Assembly: GCF_963921235.1 (NCBI RefSeq)
Contig: NC_086108.1
Coordinates: 86,492,001 to 86,556,000 of the forward strand
Origin: Mobula hypostoma
Taxonomy: Eukaryota
Direction: 5' to 3'
DNA: 64,000 bases
Shown here one piece after another: positions 49,281 through 61,199 of the stretch. A program made the translations under genes and the position numbers. Under the pieces are notes generated by a model. It did not search any database, was not told the origin of the DNA, and saw only the letters and a list, made by a program, of their open reading frames with translations. Every line of letters begins with the position of its first letter. The stretch's first letter is position 1.

Positions 49281-49569
49281 GTCGACGGTTCAAGAATTTA
49301 GATACAGGTATTACGTGCATGGCTTTGTTTTCTAATGTTTTGTAGCAGCCAGAGGTAAAAATAGTTCACAAGTTAATAACAAACCTAAATACTTCTATGT
49401 ATATGATAAAAGAGACAAGGATAAAATACAGCAAAATGTTAAAAATGCCTAGTTTATTACTGATCATTTTAATCATGTTGGAATTGGATGGAAAAAACGA
49501 AGGCTATCAAATGAGTTTGAGCTGGACTTAACACACCAAGTACTTAAGAAAAGATTTTTTTTACACAAG

Positions 49570-49880
49570 AAACCATAAAATTAGAAGCAGAGTAGTCTAC
49601 CAGGCCCCTTGATTCTGCCCCACATTTCAATATGTTACCTCAAAACGTTTTCTATGCTAGTTTCTCCTACCTCTCTCAATTCCCCCAGCTTTCAAATATT
49701 AATCTGCCTCCATCTTAAACATGTTGAACAACCCAGCTTTCCCCATCCTCAGGGCAGAGAATTCCAGAGGTTCATTACCCTTTCAGAGAAAAATAATTCT
49801 GCACAGCTCAATTTTAAATAACTAGCCCTTTATTTTGTACCTATGTTCATCTCCTTGTTCATGTCTCTCCCAAGAGTAGA
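49570..49880 (-). mobile_element. Decayed CR1-type 3' end
   Basis: GGCAGAGAATTCCAGAGGTTCATTACCC matches the CR1 3' region at 29037-29070. Confidence 0.55.
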
Positions 49881-50429
49881 AACAAAGTCCCTGAGTCTTT
49901 AGGCATAATGTTCGTATGGGCATATTGGTTTCTGATTGTACTCACCTCCTGATGTCTGGTTCCATTGATTTCACTTACATTAAAGTGCCTCTTTCCATGA
50001 AGATTTTTTCCTGCTTTAATTTTTACCTTGAAGCAAATTATCTTGCAACATAAGCCAAAAAGAGAGCAGTTATGCCTACTATCAGTGGCCCTGTAGTATG
50101 TAGAGAATGATTAAGACTCTGATTATTTCGAATCAGGCTGCAGAAGTTAGACAAGATGATCAGACTGCCACCGGCACTGATTTGTTGGACCCTGGCAAAT
50201 TAAGCCAGAAAGTATTTCCTATTTATGGTAAAACTGAGGAATTCATCTTAAAGATCCAGCTTTGACTGTTGTAATTTCTTTATAATCCATACTGCTAATC
50301 ATGGACCTAGTGCCTAAAGCTGGGATTACTTGGGCAGCTTTTAAAGACAAGCACATATGTACTGAGCCAACAGGTCACAAACTATTGAAGCATCGAGATA
50401 TACAGCCTGAAGGCTGCACTGACCATTAA

Positions 50430-50690
50430 CCACTCATTTACACTAATCCTATGTTAATCTGCTTTTGATTCCGACATCCTCATCCATTTCTCCTTGGCTT
50501 CTATCGCTCTTCTTATACACTAGAAGCAACTTACAGTGACCAAATAACCAACCAACCTTGCATGTCTTTGGGTATGGGAGAAAACTTGGCACCCAACGGA
50601 AACCCACAGGGAGCACATACAAACACCACACAGATAGGTCCGAAGTCAGGACAGACGCAAGGGGTAGTGACACTACTAGCTGTGCCTCCA
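50430..50690 (-). mobile_element. V-SINE-like element, decayed
   Basis: CATGTCTTTGGGTATGGGAGAAAAC..GCACCC..GGAAACCCAC is the reverse complement of a V-domain-like core. Confidence 0.6.
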
Positions 50691-50959
50691 TACCTCTGTT
50701 TATCACTATTTTATGATTCCTATGAACTTACTCTATTTTTATTGTAAAACATCCCAGGGTGCTCCACCAAAGTGTTAACAAGTGAAACGTGGCTTAGAGT
50801 ACTACGGGGAGACGTTGGAACAGGTTGGTCAAAAGCTAAGTTTTCTGGAGTATCCTGGTGGAAAGAAAGGGTTGAGAGCCAGGAATGTTTGAAGGGGTGG
50901 TTTCCAAATCCTGTAGCACAGCCACCAATGGTGAAGCAAATAGTACTCCCTCTGTGAAT

Positions 50960-51280
50960 CTTCCCTTCGATGGGAGTTCACTGAAACCCTCTGTCATTTC
51001 TCCTCCTCTGTGATCTCTGCTGCATTCTGACTCTTCAACCATGTGCTCACCCAGACCCGCTACCACGGTCACATAACTCTTTACTTCACACACTCCACAT
51101 CTCCCGGTTTCACCTATACCTACTACCTTGTACTTCTTCCTCTCCTCCCCCGACCTCCTTACTCTGATTTCTAATCTCTTTTTTCCAGTCCTGATGAAAG
51201 GTCTCAGCCTGAAATGTCGACTGTTTACTGTTTTTCATAGATGCTGTCTGGACTACTGAGTTCCTCTAGCATTTTGAGTG
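50960..51280 (+). mobile_element. Penelope-like element terminal fragment
   Basis: Pyrimidine-rich stretch leading to a minimal hammerhead motif and the family terminus seen at 6250, 8070 and 14045; the left boundary is approximate. Confidence 0.6.
51186..51223 (+). ncRNA. Minimal type I hammerhead ribozyme relic
   Basis: CAGTC-CTGATGA-A-AGG(TCTCAG)CCT-GAAA-TGTC-GACTG: stem I CAGTC/GACTG, core CUGAUGA, stem II AGG/CCT, GAAA, and a GUC cleavage triplet. Confidence 0.7.
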
Positions 51281-51917
51281 AAACAAGTAGGATGGGGGCT
51301 GCTCATAACTTGAAAATTGGAGTAGTTGATGTTGCACAGGTTACCAAGGAATTTAAAAACAAGTATGAGAACCAAGAACAAGTGTAGGTTAGTGAGTACT
51401 GTAGGATGGGTGAACAGGATTAGGCGTAATTTAGGGCAGAGATAGAAAAGTAATGGAAAGTCTGGAAATACCAAGGACAAGTTTCAGCACCAGAGAGGCT
51501 GAGCAGGATGCAAATTGGACAATATTCTCTCAGTGCTCAGAATTATATATTTCACCATATAGATATTTGCAGAGGGCATTGTTTCTTTGCCTGTTAACTT
51601 AGAATAACAAGGCACTTATTTGTTTGTTCAAATTCAGGTTTCAGATTTAGATTTATTTATCGCATGTATTTGGAAACATAAAGTAAAATGCATAATTTGC
51701 ATTAACAATCAGCACACCTAAGAATGTGCTGGGGGCATGGAACCCTTGAACACTTTTTAAAAATATATTATTTCTGTTTTTACACGATTTTTAATCCATT
51801 CAATATACGTATACTGTTATTTATTTATTTATTTTCTATATTATGTATGGTATTGAACTGCTACTGCTAAGTTAACAAATTTCATGACACACGCTGGTGA
51901 TAGTAAACCTGATTCTG

Positions 51918-52540
51918 AAAACTTTGACAAACATCTATAGCTGTGTGGTGGAGAGTATATTGACTGGTTGCATTGCAGCTTAGTAATAGAAACACCAATG
52001 CCCTTGAACAGAAAATCCTACAAAAGGTTCTCGTTGCAGCCTAGTCCATCATGAGTAATGCTCTCCCCTCCATTGAGCACTCTACATGGAGCACCGTTGC
52101 AGGAAATCAGCATCCATCATCAGCGACCTCCACAGCCCAGATCATGCTCTCCTCTCGCTGCTGCCATGAGGAGGTAGGTACACGAGTCTCAGGACTCGCA
52201 CTACCAGGTTGAGGAGTATTTACTACCCCTCAACCGCCAGGCTCTTGGACCAGTGGGGATAACTTCACTTGCCCCATCACTGAACTGTTTCCACTACCTG
52301 TGGACTCGCTTTCAAGGACTTCTCATCTCATTTTCTCAATATTTATTGCTTATTTGATTATTATTATTTTACTCTGTTGTATTTGCACAGTTTATTGTCT
52401 TCTGCAGATTGGTTGTTGGTCTGTCATGGATTGTATAATGGCTCTTGGATTTACTGAGTATACCCTCAAGAAAATAAATTTCTGGGTTGCATATGGTGAC
52501 GCTTACATACTTTGATAATCAATTTACTTTGAACTTTGAG
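51918..52540 (+). mobile_element. Rex1/Babar-type LINE 3' part
   Basis: YSCVVESILTGCI, LSLLP*GGRY..LRTRTTRLRSIYYPSTARLL remnants; tail ACTTTGAACTTTGA. Confidence 0.8.
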
Positions 52541-53217
52541 CAACGCAGATAGAAAAACTTAAGAAACCTGATGAAAGTTGAAAAAAGATATCATTAAGGG
52601 AATCTGATTGCTCAAGTCAATGTTCTAGTAGTGACAAGAGTAACAGAACTCCAGCGGATTAAACACGTGAGAAAAATGGAGGGCTCTGGGGAGGGAAGGG
52701 TGAGATTGATCTTGGAATAGGTGAAAAGGTCAGCACAGTGCCGTAGCCTGCAGGGCCTATACTGGTGTATGTTCTATATCATGGAGCTAACAACCAAGCA
52801 AATTATAAACATAATCTGAATGATGTCTCCCAAATTTATGATTGCTGCCACAGTAATGGTTAGTTTAACCTTGTTTAACCTCATGGAGGTCTGCTAATTT
52901 TACATATCACATTGATTAACTTTCTGCTAATTTGAATGGAACGGAATTCAAATCGATTGTAAAAGACTTGTACATTTATCACCATGCATGCTTCAGTTGA
53001 AAACCCCAAATATTTCAATTCAGCTGAGACTGGAAATTTCTCCCTGAACTTTTCCTATTTATTTGTTGAACCATGAAATAAAATCCAAAACATGAACATC
53101 AGAGATTCAGCAGATTAATCAGAACCAGGTTTATTATAATCAGGTTTATTATCGTTGACATAGGTCGTGAAATTTGTTGCTTTGCGGTAGCAGAACATTG
53201 CAAGACAGAAAAATTAG

Positions 53218-53497
53218 CATTCATTACAGCGGACTCTAAGACTCCTTGGAGTTAAAGGACTGCAGTGCAGAAGAGCCACCGAGAACATTCTGGAGGCTGC
53301 TGAAAAGGCCTCGCAGTGGCTGTGGATCCGGAGGGGGATCCGTGGATTAGTGCGCCGCTTGGACACAAGTCAGGGGCTGATCACCCCCGGCTGGGTCACC
53401 CGGTCGAGGTTGTCTGATGGTTAAAGACCCAAAACCCCCTGTGACCCCGGGTTCATCACTGAAGACGTGTCCAAGTAGCACCAGAAGATGTATTCTG
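53218..53497 (+). repeat. Upstream copy of the element's 3' end (pseudo-LTR)
   Basis: Aligns end to end with 56862-57140; about 29 differences counted by eye (~90% identity). Confidence 0.93.
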
Positions 53498-53728
53498 TGA
53501 CCTGTAGGAAAGTCTGGATGACGGCCATGAATAGAATGGTGACGGCTGGAGAGACAGCAGACAGCACGGAAAGACGGCAAACGGGGCAGCAAGGGCTAGC
53601 ACCCTGAACTGCAGCTCCTGTGAGGGAGCACCCAAACAAGCTACGAAGAACCCTTCTGAAACATACCCCCAGGGATGCTCGAGAGGGGGGGGGAGGATGA
53701 GCATCCCAATCGGACGGACCTATTGGCA

Positions 53729-56700
53729 ATGACTCAAGCAGGTGGACGATCGACTATGAGCGTAGTTTGTATCTGTGGCAAGGTGTGCAAATACCTGAGA
53801 GGTCTGAAGATCCACCAGACAAAGATGGCCTGCTCGAGGAGGAAACAAGTGAAGCAACGCACAGGAGCAGTAGCTAGTACTACAAGCTCTGTGGTGCTGA
53901 CTACAGAACCTGGTCAGACAGAGGAGGAGCCCAGTCGGAGTCACCCCACAGTGCCCGGAGCCTCCAAGCAACACAAGTCCGCCCAGTGAGCAGAAAGTCG
54001 GAACAGCGTCAGGCGAAGTGGCCTGCCGCTAACAAGAAGGAGTGGCTCCAGATGGATGAGGACGTAGACAAGATTCTGGAGGCGATATCGAAGGGCAATG
54101 CTGACTAGGAGCTCCAGACTATGTGCACCCTCATAATGAGCATAGGCTCAGAATGGTTTGGCGTCAAGGAAAAGCATGGAACAAGTAATCCAGCGAGACC
54201 AAACCGGCAGGAACTGAAGATCAGCCAGCTGAGACAAGACCTCAAATCTCTGAAGCACCAATTTAAGTTGGCCAAGGAGGAGGAGAAAACTGGCCTGTCA
54301 GACCTCACAGATATCATGAGGAGGAGGCTCATCACACTCAGGTGGGCTGAGTGGCACCGAAGGAAGGGCAAGGAGAGGGCCCAAAGCGCAGCGCTTTCAT
54401 TACCAATCCCTTCGGCTTCACCAAGAGGATACTAGGACAGAAGCGAAGTGGCCACCTCACTTGTTCTGTAGTGGAGATAAACCAACATCTCAGTATCACT
54501 TGCAGTGACACCTCGAAAGAGCAGGACCTCGGCCCGTGTGAGGCACTGGTGATACCTCCAGAACCGGTGACCCAATTCGACATTTCTGAACCCACCCTGA
54601 AGGAGGTCAAAGAAGCAGTCGAAGCAGCAAGAGCAAGTTCCACCCCTAGCCCCAGTGGAGTGCCTTACAAAGACTACAAGCAGTGCCCAAGGCTCCTTGT
54701 GCGACTCTGGAAGATCTTAAAGGTGATCTGGCAGAGAGGAAAGGTCGCTGCTCAGTGGAGGCACGCGGAGGGTGTCTGGATACCAAAAGAGGAGGATTCA
54801 AGCAACATCGAGCAGTTTTATATTATCTCGCTGCTCAGCGTTGAAGGGAAGATCTTCAAGATTGTGGCCCAATGTTTAACTGAGTTCCTCTTGAAGAATG
54901 GATACATAGACACCTCAGTACAGAAGGGGGGAGTCCCAGGAGTACCTGGATGCCTGGGGCACACAGGAGTGGTGGTCCAGCTGATCCGGGAGGCAAGGGA
55001 GAACAGAGGAGACCTTGCAGCACTCTGGTTAGGCCTAACCAATGCCTATGGATCCATCCCACACAAACTCATTGAAACAGCACTGACAAGACATCACGTT
55101 CCAGAGATGATCCGAAACCTCATTCTGGATTATTACAGCGACTTCAGGTTGAGAGTGTCCTCAGGGTCAGTAACATCCGCCTGGCATCGGCTGGAGAAGG
55201 GCACAATCACTGGCTGCACAATCTCGGTGCCACTCTTCTGATTGGCCATGAACCTGATTGTCAAGTCAGCGGAGGTGGGATGTAGAGGCCCCACGTCTAG
55301 ATCTGGTACTCGGCAGCCCCCATAAGAGCATTCATGGATGACCTGGTGGTGATGGCAACATCCGTCCCTGGGTGCAGATGGCTCCTTCCAGGGCTGGAAT
55401 GGCTCATCTCATGGGCAAGGATGAGCTTTAAACCAGCCAAGTCCAGGTCTCTGGTCCTGAAGAAGGGAAGAGTGGCCGACTGGTTCCGCTTTACCCTGGG
55501 AGGGATCCAGATTCCAACGGTGACAGGAAAACCAGTCAAGGGCCTGGGCAAGATCTTTGACAGTTCCCTGAAGGACACAGCCGCACTTCAACAAACCAGG
55601 AGTGAGGAGTGACTTGATAACTTGGCTCACCGCAATTGATAAACCGGAGCTTCCAGGAAAATTCAAAACCTGGATGTACCAACACGGAGTCCTGCCAAGG
55701 CCATTCTGGCCCCTTCTAGTCTACGAGGTGCCAATGTCAACAGTGGGGGCTCTAGGGAAGACCATCAGTCAGTTTCTCCGGAGGTCACTGGGTCTCCCCC
55801 GGACCTCAAGCTGCATTGTCCTGTATGGGTGTTCCACCAAGCTGCAGCTCCCCGTCAGCGGCCTATCAGAGGAGTTCAAAATCACTCGAGCCAGGGAGGT
55901 TATGATGTACCGAGACTCCTCTGATGTTAAAGTCGCTTCAGCAGGAATCCGCGTAAAGACCGGAAGGAAGTGGCAGGCACAGGAAGCTGTCGACAGAGCG
56001 GAGGTACGGCTGCGGCTCAACATTTTGGTGGCCACTGTGGCGGTGGGGCGGGAAAGACTGGGCTGTTTTCCCAAACCACGCTACGACAAAACCCGTGGAA
56101 AGGAGAAGTATCAACTGGTTCAGGATGAGATATGAGCGGAAGTGGAGGAAGAACGATACAGCAAGATGGCCGGCATGTACAAACAAGGCGCCTGGACTAG
56201 ATGGGAGCATGTGGAACCTCGCAAGCTCACCTGGACAGAGCTCTGGAGGGCCGAACCATTGCGCATCAAGTTTCTCATCCAATCAGTCTATGATGTTCTC
56301 CCAAACCCGGCCAACCTGCACAGGTGGGGCATGGCAAACACTCCAGCATGCCAACTGTGCCAGAAGAGGGGCACCTTGGAACATATCCTAAGTTGCTGCC
56401 CAAAGGCATTGGGGGAAGGGCGAAACTGCTGGCGCCATGACCAAATCTTAAGGTCTATGGCGGATGCAATCAGCACAGCGATTCAAGACAGCAAAAATCA
56501 GCACGCTCCCAAACAGTCCATCACCTTTATTAGAGCGGGGGAGAAGGCTCAACATCGGCCTAGTTCCTTGAGAGGGCTTCTTGCCACTGCACGAGACTGG
56601 CAGCTCCAAGCAGACCTAGGGAGGCACCTCGAGTTCCCAGAGAACATCGCAGCCACTCCGCTCCGTCCGGACATGGTGTTAATATCGGAGTCTACAAAGC

Positions 56701-57060
56701 AAGTGGTCCTGCTGGAACTTACTGTCCCCTGGGAAGACTGGATTGAAGAGGCCAACGAGCACCAGGGGGCTAGATGCACAGATCTTGTTGCAGAATGCTG
56801 GAGCAATGGCTGGAGAGCTCGCTGTGAGCCAGTCGAAGTTGGGTGCCGGGGCTTTGCGGGCCATTCATTACAGCGGACTCTAAACTCCTTGGAGTTAAAG
56901 GACTGCAGTGCAGAAGAGCCACCAAGAACATTCTGGAGGCTTCTGAAAGGGCTTCATGGTGGCTGTAGATCTGGAGGGGGGCTCCATGGATTAATGCACT
57001 ACTTGGACACAAGTCAGGGGCTGATCACTTCCGGCTGGGTCGCCCAGTCGAGGATGTACG
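53729..57060 (+). pseudogene. Disrupted RT-endonuclease ORF of the HERO-like element
   Basis: CICGKVCKYLRGLKIHQTKMAC finger; ISLLSVEGKIF; WLGLTNAYGSIPH; FMDDL; CQLCQKRGTLEHILSCC; WRHDQIL; RPDMVL..LLELTVPWE; EVGCRGF. Stops at 54105, 55239 and 56133 plus several frameshifts. Confidence 0.9.
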
Positions 57061-57140
57061 ATGATTAAAGGGCCAAAACCCCCTGTGACCCCGGGTCATC
57101 ACTGAAGACGTGTCCAAGTAGCACCAGAAGGTGTATTCTG
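56862..57140 (+). repeat. 3' end of the HERO-like element (downstream repeat copy)
   Basis: Contiguous with the endonuclease coding region; matches 53218-53497. Confidence 0.93.
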
Positions 57141-57214
57141 CAAGAACATATATAAAACATCACCCTCTGAGACAGATATCACAGGGCAGCCAGATGCTGC
57201 AGACATTCGCACAG

Positions 57215-57740
57215 GTGTAGTTTTATTCTCCCTTTCAAAGCATGCTTAAAAAGCATTGAGATCATCTGGGAGTGAAGCATCACAACTAGTTATAATGTTA
57301 GTTTTGCTTAGTAGGAAGTAATGGCCTGCAAAACCTACTGTAGCTGACATGCATTCAATTCCATCTCTAACATCACTCTGAATTAATTCTTAGCTCTCAA
57401 GATCACCTTCCGTAGGTTGTACCTGGACTTCCTGTAGAGTTCTGTGTCGTCAGTCTTAAACAGATCTAGCCCACAACAGACTGCAAATCTTGTGGTTCAT
57501 CCATGGCTTCTGATTTGTCCAATAAGTTCTCGTAGGCAGGTCTTGATGAAGTTGGTGGCAGCTACCGCATATTCATTCAGAACTGAAGATGGTATTTCTG
57601 AATATAGTCCAGTCACCAATTCAAAGCAGTCCTGCAAGCACTCCTCCACATTCCTCGTCAATACCTCTACAGTCCTCACCACTGGTGCTGTTATCCTCAG
57701 TCTCTGCCTGTATGCCAGGAGTACAAGTACAACCAGCTGA
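57215..57740 (-). mobile_element. Rex1/Babar-type ORF fragment
   Basis: LLAYRQRL..APVVRTV...ECLQDCFE; also similar to 27860-27960. Confidence 0.65.
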
Positions 57741-58399
57741 CAGTTTTGCCGACTGTTCACTCATCTCCACAGATGCAGCCTGATTTATTGGATTTCTCCA
57801 GCTTTTTGTGTATGTTGGTCAAGTAAATGCGGATTCCCATTACAGCGATTCAACCCTCTCCATTAGTTTTCAAATAATTCTGTGGACTGTGTGCACAAAA
57901 TGGAAAAAACAAAGTGTGTTTTAAATTGTGAGTGACTGGGTAATGTTGATGCTTGAAGGGATTTAAATATAGTAGAATGCAAGCTATTGAACACTGAACA
58001 ATAAACACCTCAACACTGAACTGATTACACAACCTATGGACTCACTTTCAAGAGCTCGTGTTCTCAGTATTATCTATTTCTGTATTTATTTATTATTAAT
58101 ATTTTGCATTTGCACAGTTTATCTTCTGCACGTTGATTATTTGTCAGTCTTTGTTTTTGTGTGGTTTTTCATTGGTTTTGTTGTATATTGTTCTACTGCG
58201 AATGCCTGCATGAAAAGTAATCTCATGGTAGTAACGTTCTTGGATTTTGTTCTTTGAAAGCAATGTGCACGTGCAGTAAGTGATTGGGAAAGTAAGTGCT
58301 ATCCTAGCCTTTATATTTCTACAGCAGTAGAAATAACATGCTGCAAATGAATAGGTCCTTGGTGAAACATCAGCTAGTGTACTGAAAATATCAGGAAAT

Positions 58400-58635
58400 C
58401 AGCAGTTTCTGAGGTGCATAAACCACCCTGTCTGGCACTAATAGTCATTCCATAGTCAAAGTCATTTAGATCACATTTCTTCCCCCATTGTGCTGTTTGG
58501 TCTGAACAACAACTGAACCTCTTGACCATGCCTGCATGCTTTTATGCATTGAGTTGCTGCCGCATGATTGGCTGATTGCCTATTTGCATTAACAAGTAGG
58601 TGTACAGGTATACCTAACAAAGTGGCTACTGAGTG
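58400..58635. mobile_element. Tc1-like DNA transposon end
   Basis: Ends GGTATACCTAACAAAGTGGCTACTGAGTG followed by TA, resembling a Tc1-family TIR plus TA target; the other TIR is not seen. Confidence 0.55.
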
Positions 58636-60014
58636 TATAAATCCAAATGTTATTGGTAAACCAGGTGAAAATGTTAGTTTTCTATCAGTCCAGAAAAAAA
58701 TTGCCTATTTCATGGAATGTTTTTTTTTACATGGATTTACTTTGTAGATGTGGAAGATTTTATATAATTGTAGGAATAAATTCTAGTGAAAGTTTGGGAT
58801 ATGTTTTGACATGTGTTGAGCGTGAAATCTTTACAGAAGTGTCATACTGCTTATAGGAAAATATTTTGGGTGATTTGAATTCAATAATATTCAGAAAGAG
58901 TTATCAGTGTTAACATAATATATTTCCTTCTGGAGATGGTGGGCGTTATTAGTAATATATACAGAATGTGCCAATTTTTCATAACTGAGAAATAAAACTT
59001 TGTTTCCAGAGTTCAAAGTCTTTGTTGCAAATCAGTTGCTGTGATTGCAGAGTCCAATTAGTGTCCATCAATACTCCCACTTACAGGACAATGAAGATTG
59101 CCAAATATGGTAAAAGCCCCAGGCCAATAAACTTCAAATGTCAGCCCGTGTATTAGAAGTCTTATTGTAAATGTTGACTGACCAGAGAACATCTTCCTAC
59201 CTTAATTTTCTTTTATTTCCATTAGAGTTGGAGCTTTTCAGACTTTCCCTGAACCATGTCATGCCACATTTAGATTTCAGTCTCCCCAGTTTCAAGTGTG
59301 CAAATTTTCACCCCAATCATGTACCAACTAAGTAGTATTCTGCACTGTGGCAAGAATAATAGAGAAATAAAATAATATAGCAGAAACTACTATCTAAGAT
59401 ATAGTGCTGTGACATTTCCCACTTGCTTCAGATTTAGATTAAAGTATTTGATAATAATATTGCTTTAAATGTGAACTCAGATATGAGTGGATTATCTCAT
59501 AGCACTGGAATAAATTGGCAGAAAGATCACCCGCACAAACCTTTAACTTCACTTACCATGTACTGATGCAGAAATTCTGTTATTTCCAAAAGCTTCATAT
59601 ATTATGTAGGAGTCATCAGTATTCTGTATTTTACTTCTATGTTTGATTTATTTTATTCGGTTTAATTATCCACTATTCCTAAAATGACCTACATCACCAA
59701 AACACAAGACCAATTACTTGAATATTTCAATCTCTGACCCTGCAGTCAGATTCCTGCCAACTCTTGCTCTCACTTCCTGTCTTCTACCATTCCTCTCACA
59801 GATGTAAAGTTCAACCTCCTCTGCCAGTTAGAATTATCACTGAAGACTTTTGAATAACATTCCTGAGAAGGGTAAGCAGAGCTTCTTCCTGATTTGGTTG
59901 TCCACAACATGATCCAAACCATATATTCCCTCTGATGGGATGTGCTTTTAATTAAAGACATTTTGGTCTTGGTCTTAAGCTTCCAATAATGTCAATCCAG
60001 TTAATGAAGCTCTT

Positions 60015-60160
60015 TACCTGCATGTCTTCTGAATGTGAGAGGAAACCTGAGCACCCAGAGGAAACCCAGGTGGTAACAGGGAGAATAGGTAAACTCAGGA
60101 TTAAATCAGGGTCACTGGTGATGTTGGAGTGCTGTTCTCCAAGCTCCACTCCATGCTGTA
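60015..60160 (-). mobile_element. V-SINE-like fragment
   Basis: CATGTCTTCTGAATGTGAGAGGAAACCTGAGCACCCAGAGGAAACCCA; same family as 50430-50690. Confidence 0.65.
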
Positions 60161-60532
60161 TTCTCCCCTTTATATTTTGGAAGGTTATGAAAGTCATTGG
60201 TCATAGTCTAAACACAAATTATGACGAACCGTTCAAAGGATTGTAAAATCAACCAACTCCATCATGGGCACTAGTGTCCACACCATTAAGGATATCTTCA
60301 AAACTACCCTATCAACCTGTGCAGCCACTTTCAGGGAGCTATGAAACTGGACCCCAAGATCCTTTGCTCACCAACACTTTTAAGGGTCTTGCCCTTATCA
60401 GTTTAATGATAATTTATATTTGACTGACAAGGGTGGAACACTTCATATTTGGCCAGTTTAATCTCCATCAGCTATTTCTCTGCTTATATCTGCAACTGAT
60501 CTATATCCTGCTGTATTCTGTGCCAGTCTTCT

Positions 60533-61199
60533 GCTTTTAAATCTTTTTATTAAATAAGTATACAAAAGGTAAGCCATATAGGCACTAATACACTGTTAGA
60601 ATATAATAAAATTACAGAAGATATGAAAACAGAAAAGAAATGATACAAACAATGTAATTTAAACATAAAATAATAAGGTAACATAATAGTCTACTAATTT
60701 TTATATATATATCAATAGAAAAAGGAAAAAAAAAACCCAAAAAAAACCCCCCAAAAAACCCACCGTGCAACTAAACTAAATGCAAGGCAAAGCAATGGGC
60801 TAACTTGGAAACAAGTAGAGTTAAAAGACTTAAAAACACGTCCTCAAACCCGACCTCTATTAAGAACAGTAGAAAAAAAACAAGAAGGGAATATAAATAT
60901 GGAGCAAAAAGGGGAAGAAAAAAAAATTACATTAAATGAAAATATTGAATAAAAGATCTCCAGGTCTGTTCAAATTTAAGTGAGGAATCATAAAGATTGC
61001 TTCTAATTTTCTCCTAATTCAAGCATAATATCGTCTGAGAAAACCAAAAAAAGGTAGATGGAGCATTAAGCTCTTTCCAATGTTGTAAGATACATCTTTT
61101 CGCCATTAAAGTAAGAAATGCAATCATTCTACGGGCTGAAGGAGAAAGATTACTGGAAGTTTTAGGTAATCCAAAGATAGCAGTAATAGGGTGAGGAGA
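60533..61199 (-). mobile_element. 5'-truncated L1-like LINE (ORF2 C-terminus and 3' UTR)
   Basis: AIFG...AFLTLMAKRCILQHWK..APS...EKI...KFEQTW; AATAAA near the end; perfect 10-bp TSD CCAGTCTTCT (60523-60532 and 61200-61209). Confidence 0.82.

Larger units (their letters stand above)
53218..57140 (+). mobile_element. HERO-like (R2 superfamily) non-LTR retrotransposon with duplicated 3' end
   Basis: A single long decayed ORF with zinc finger, RT, CCHC and PD-(D/E)xK restriction-like endonuclease motifs; ~280-bp direct repeats at both ends. Confidence 0.88.

Noticed and set aside
53414..53436. Hammerhead ribozyme at CTGATGG...CAAAAC in the HERO-like 3' end
   Set aside because: The core does not match CUGANGA...GAAA with a valid stem II in either copy.
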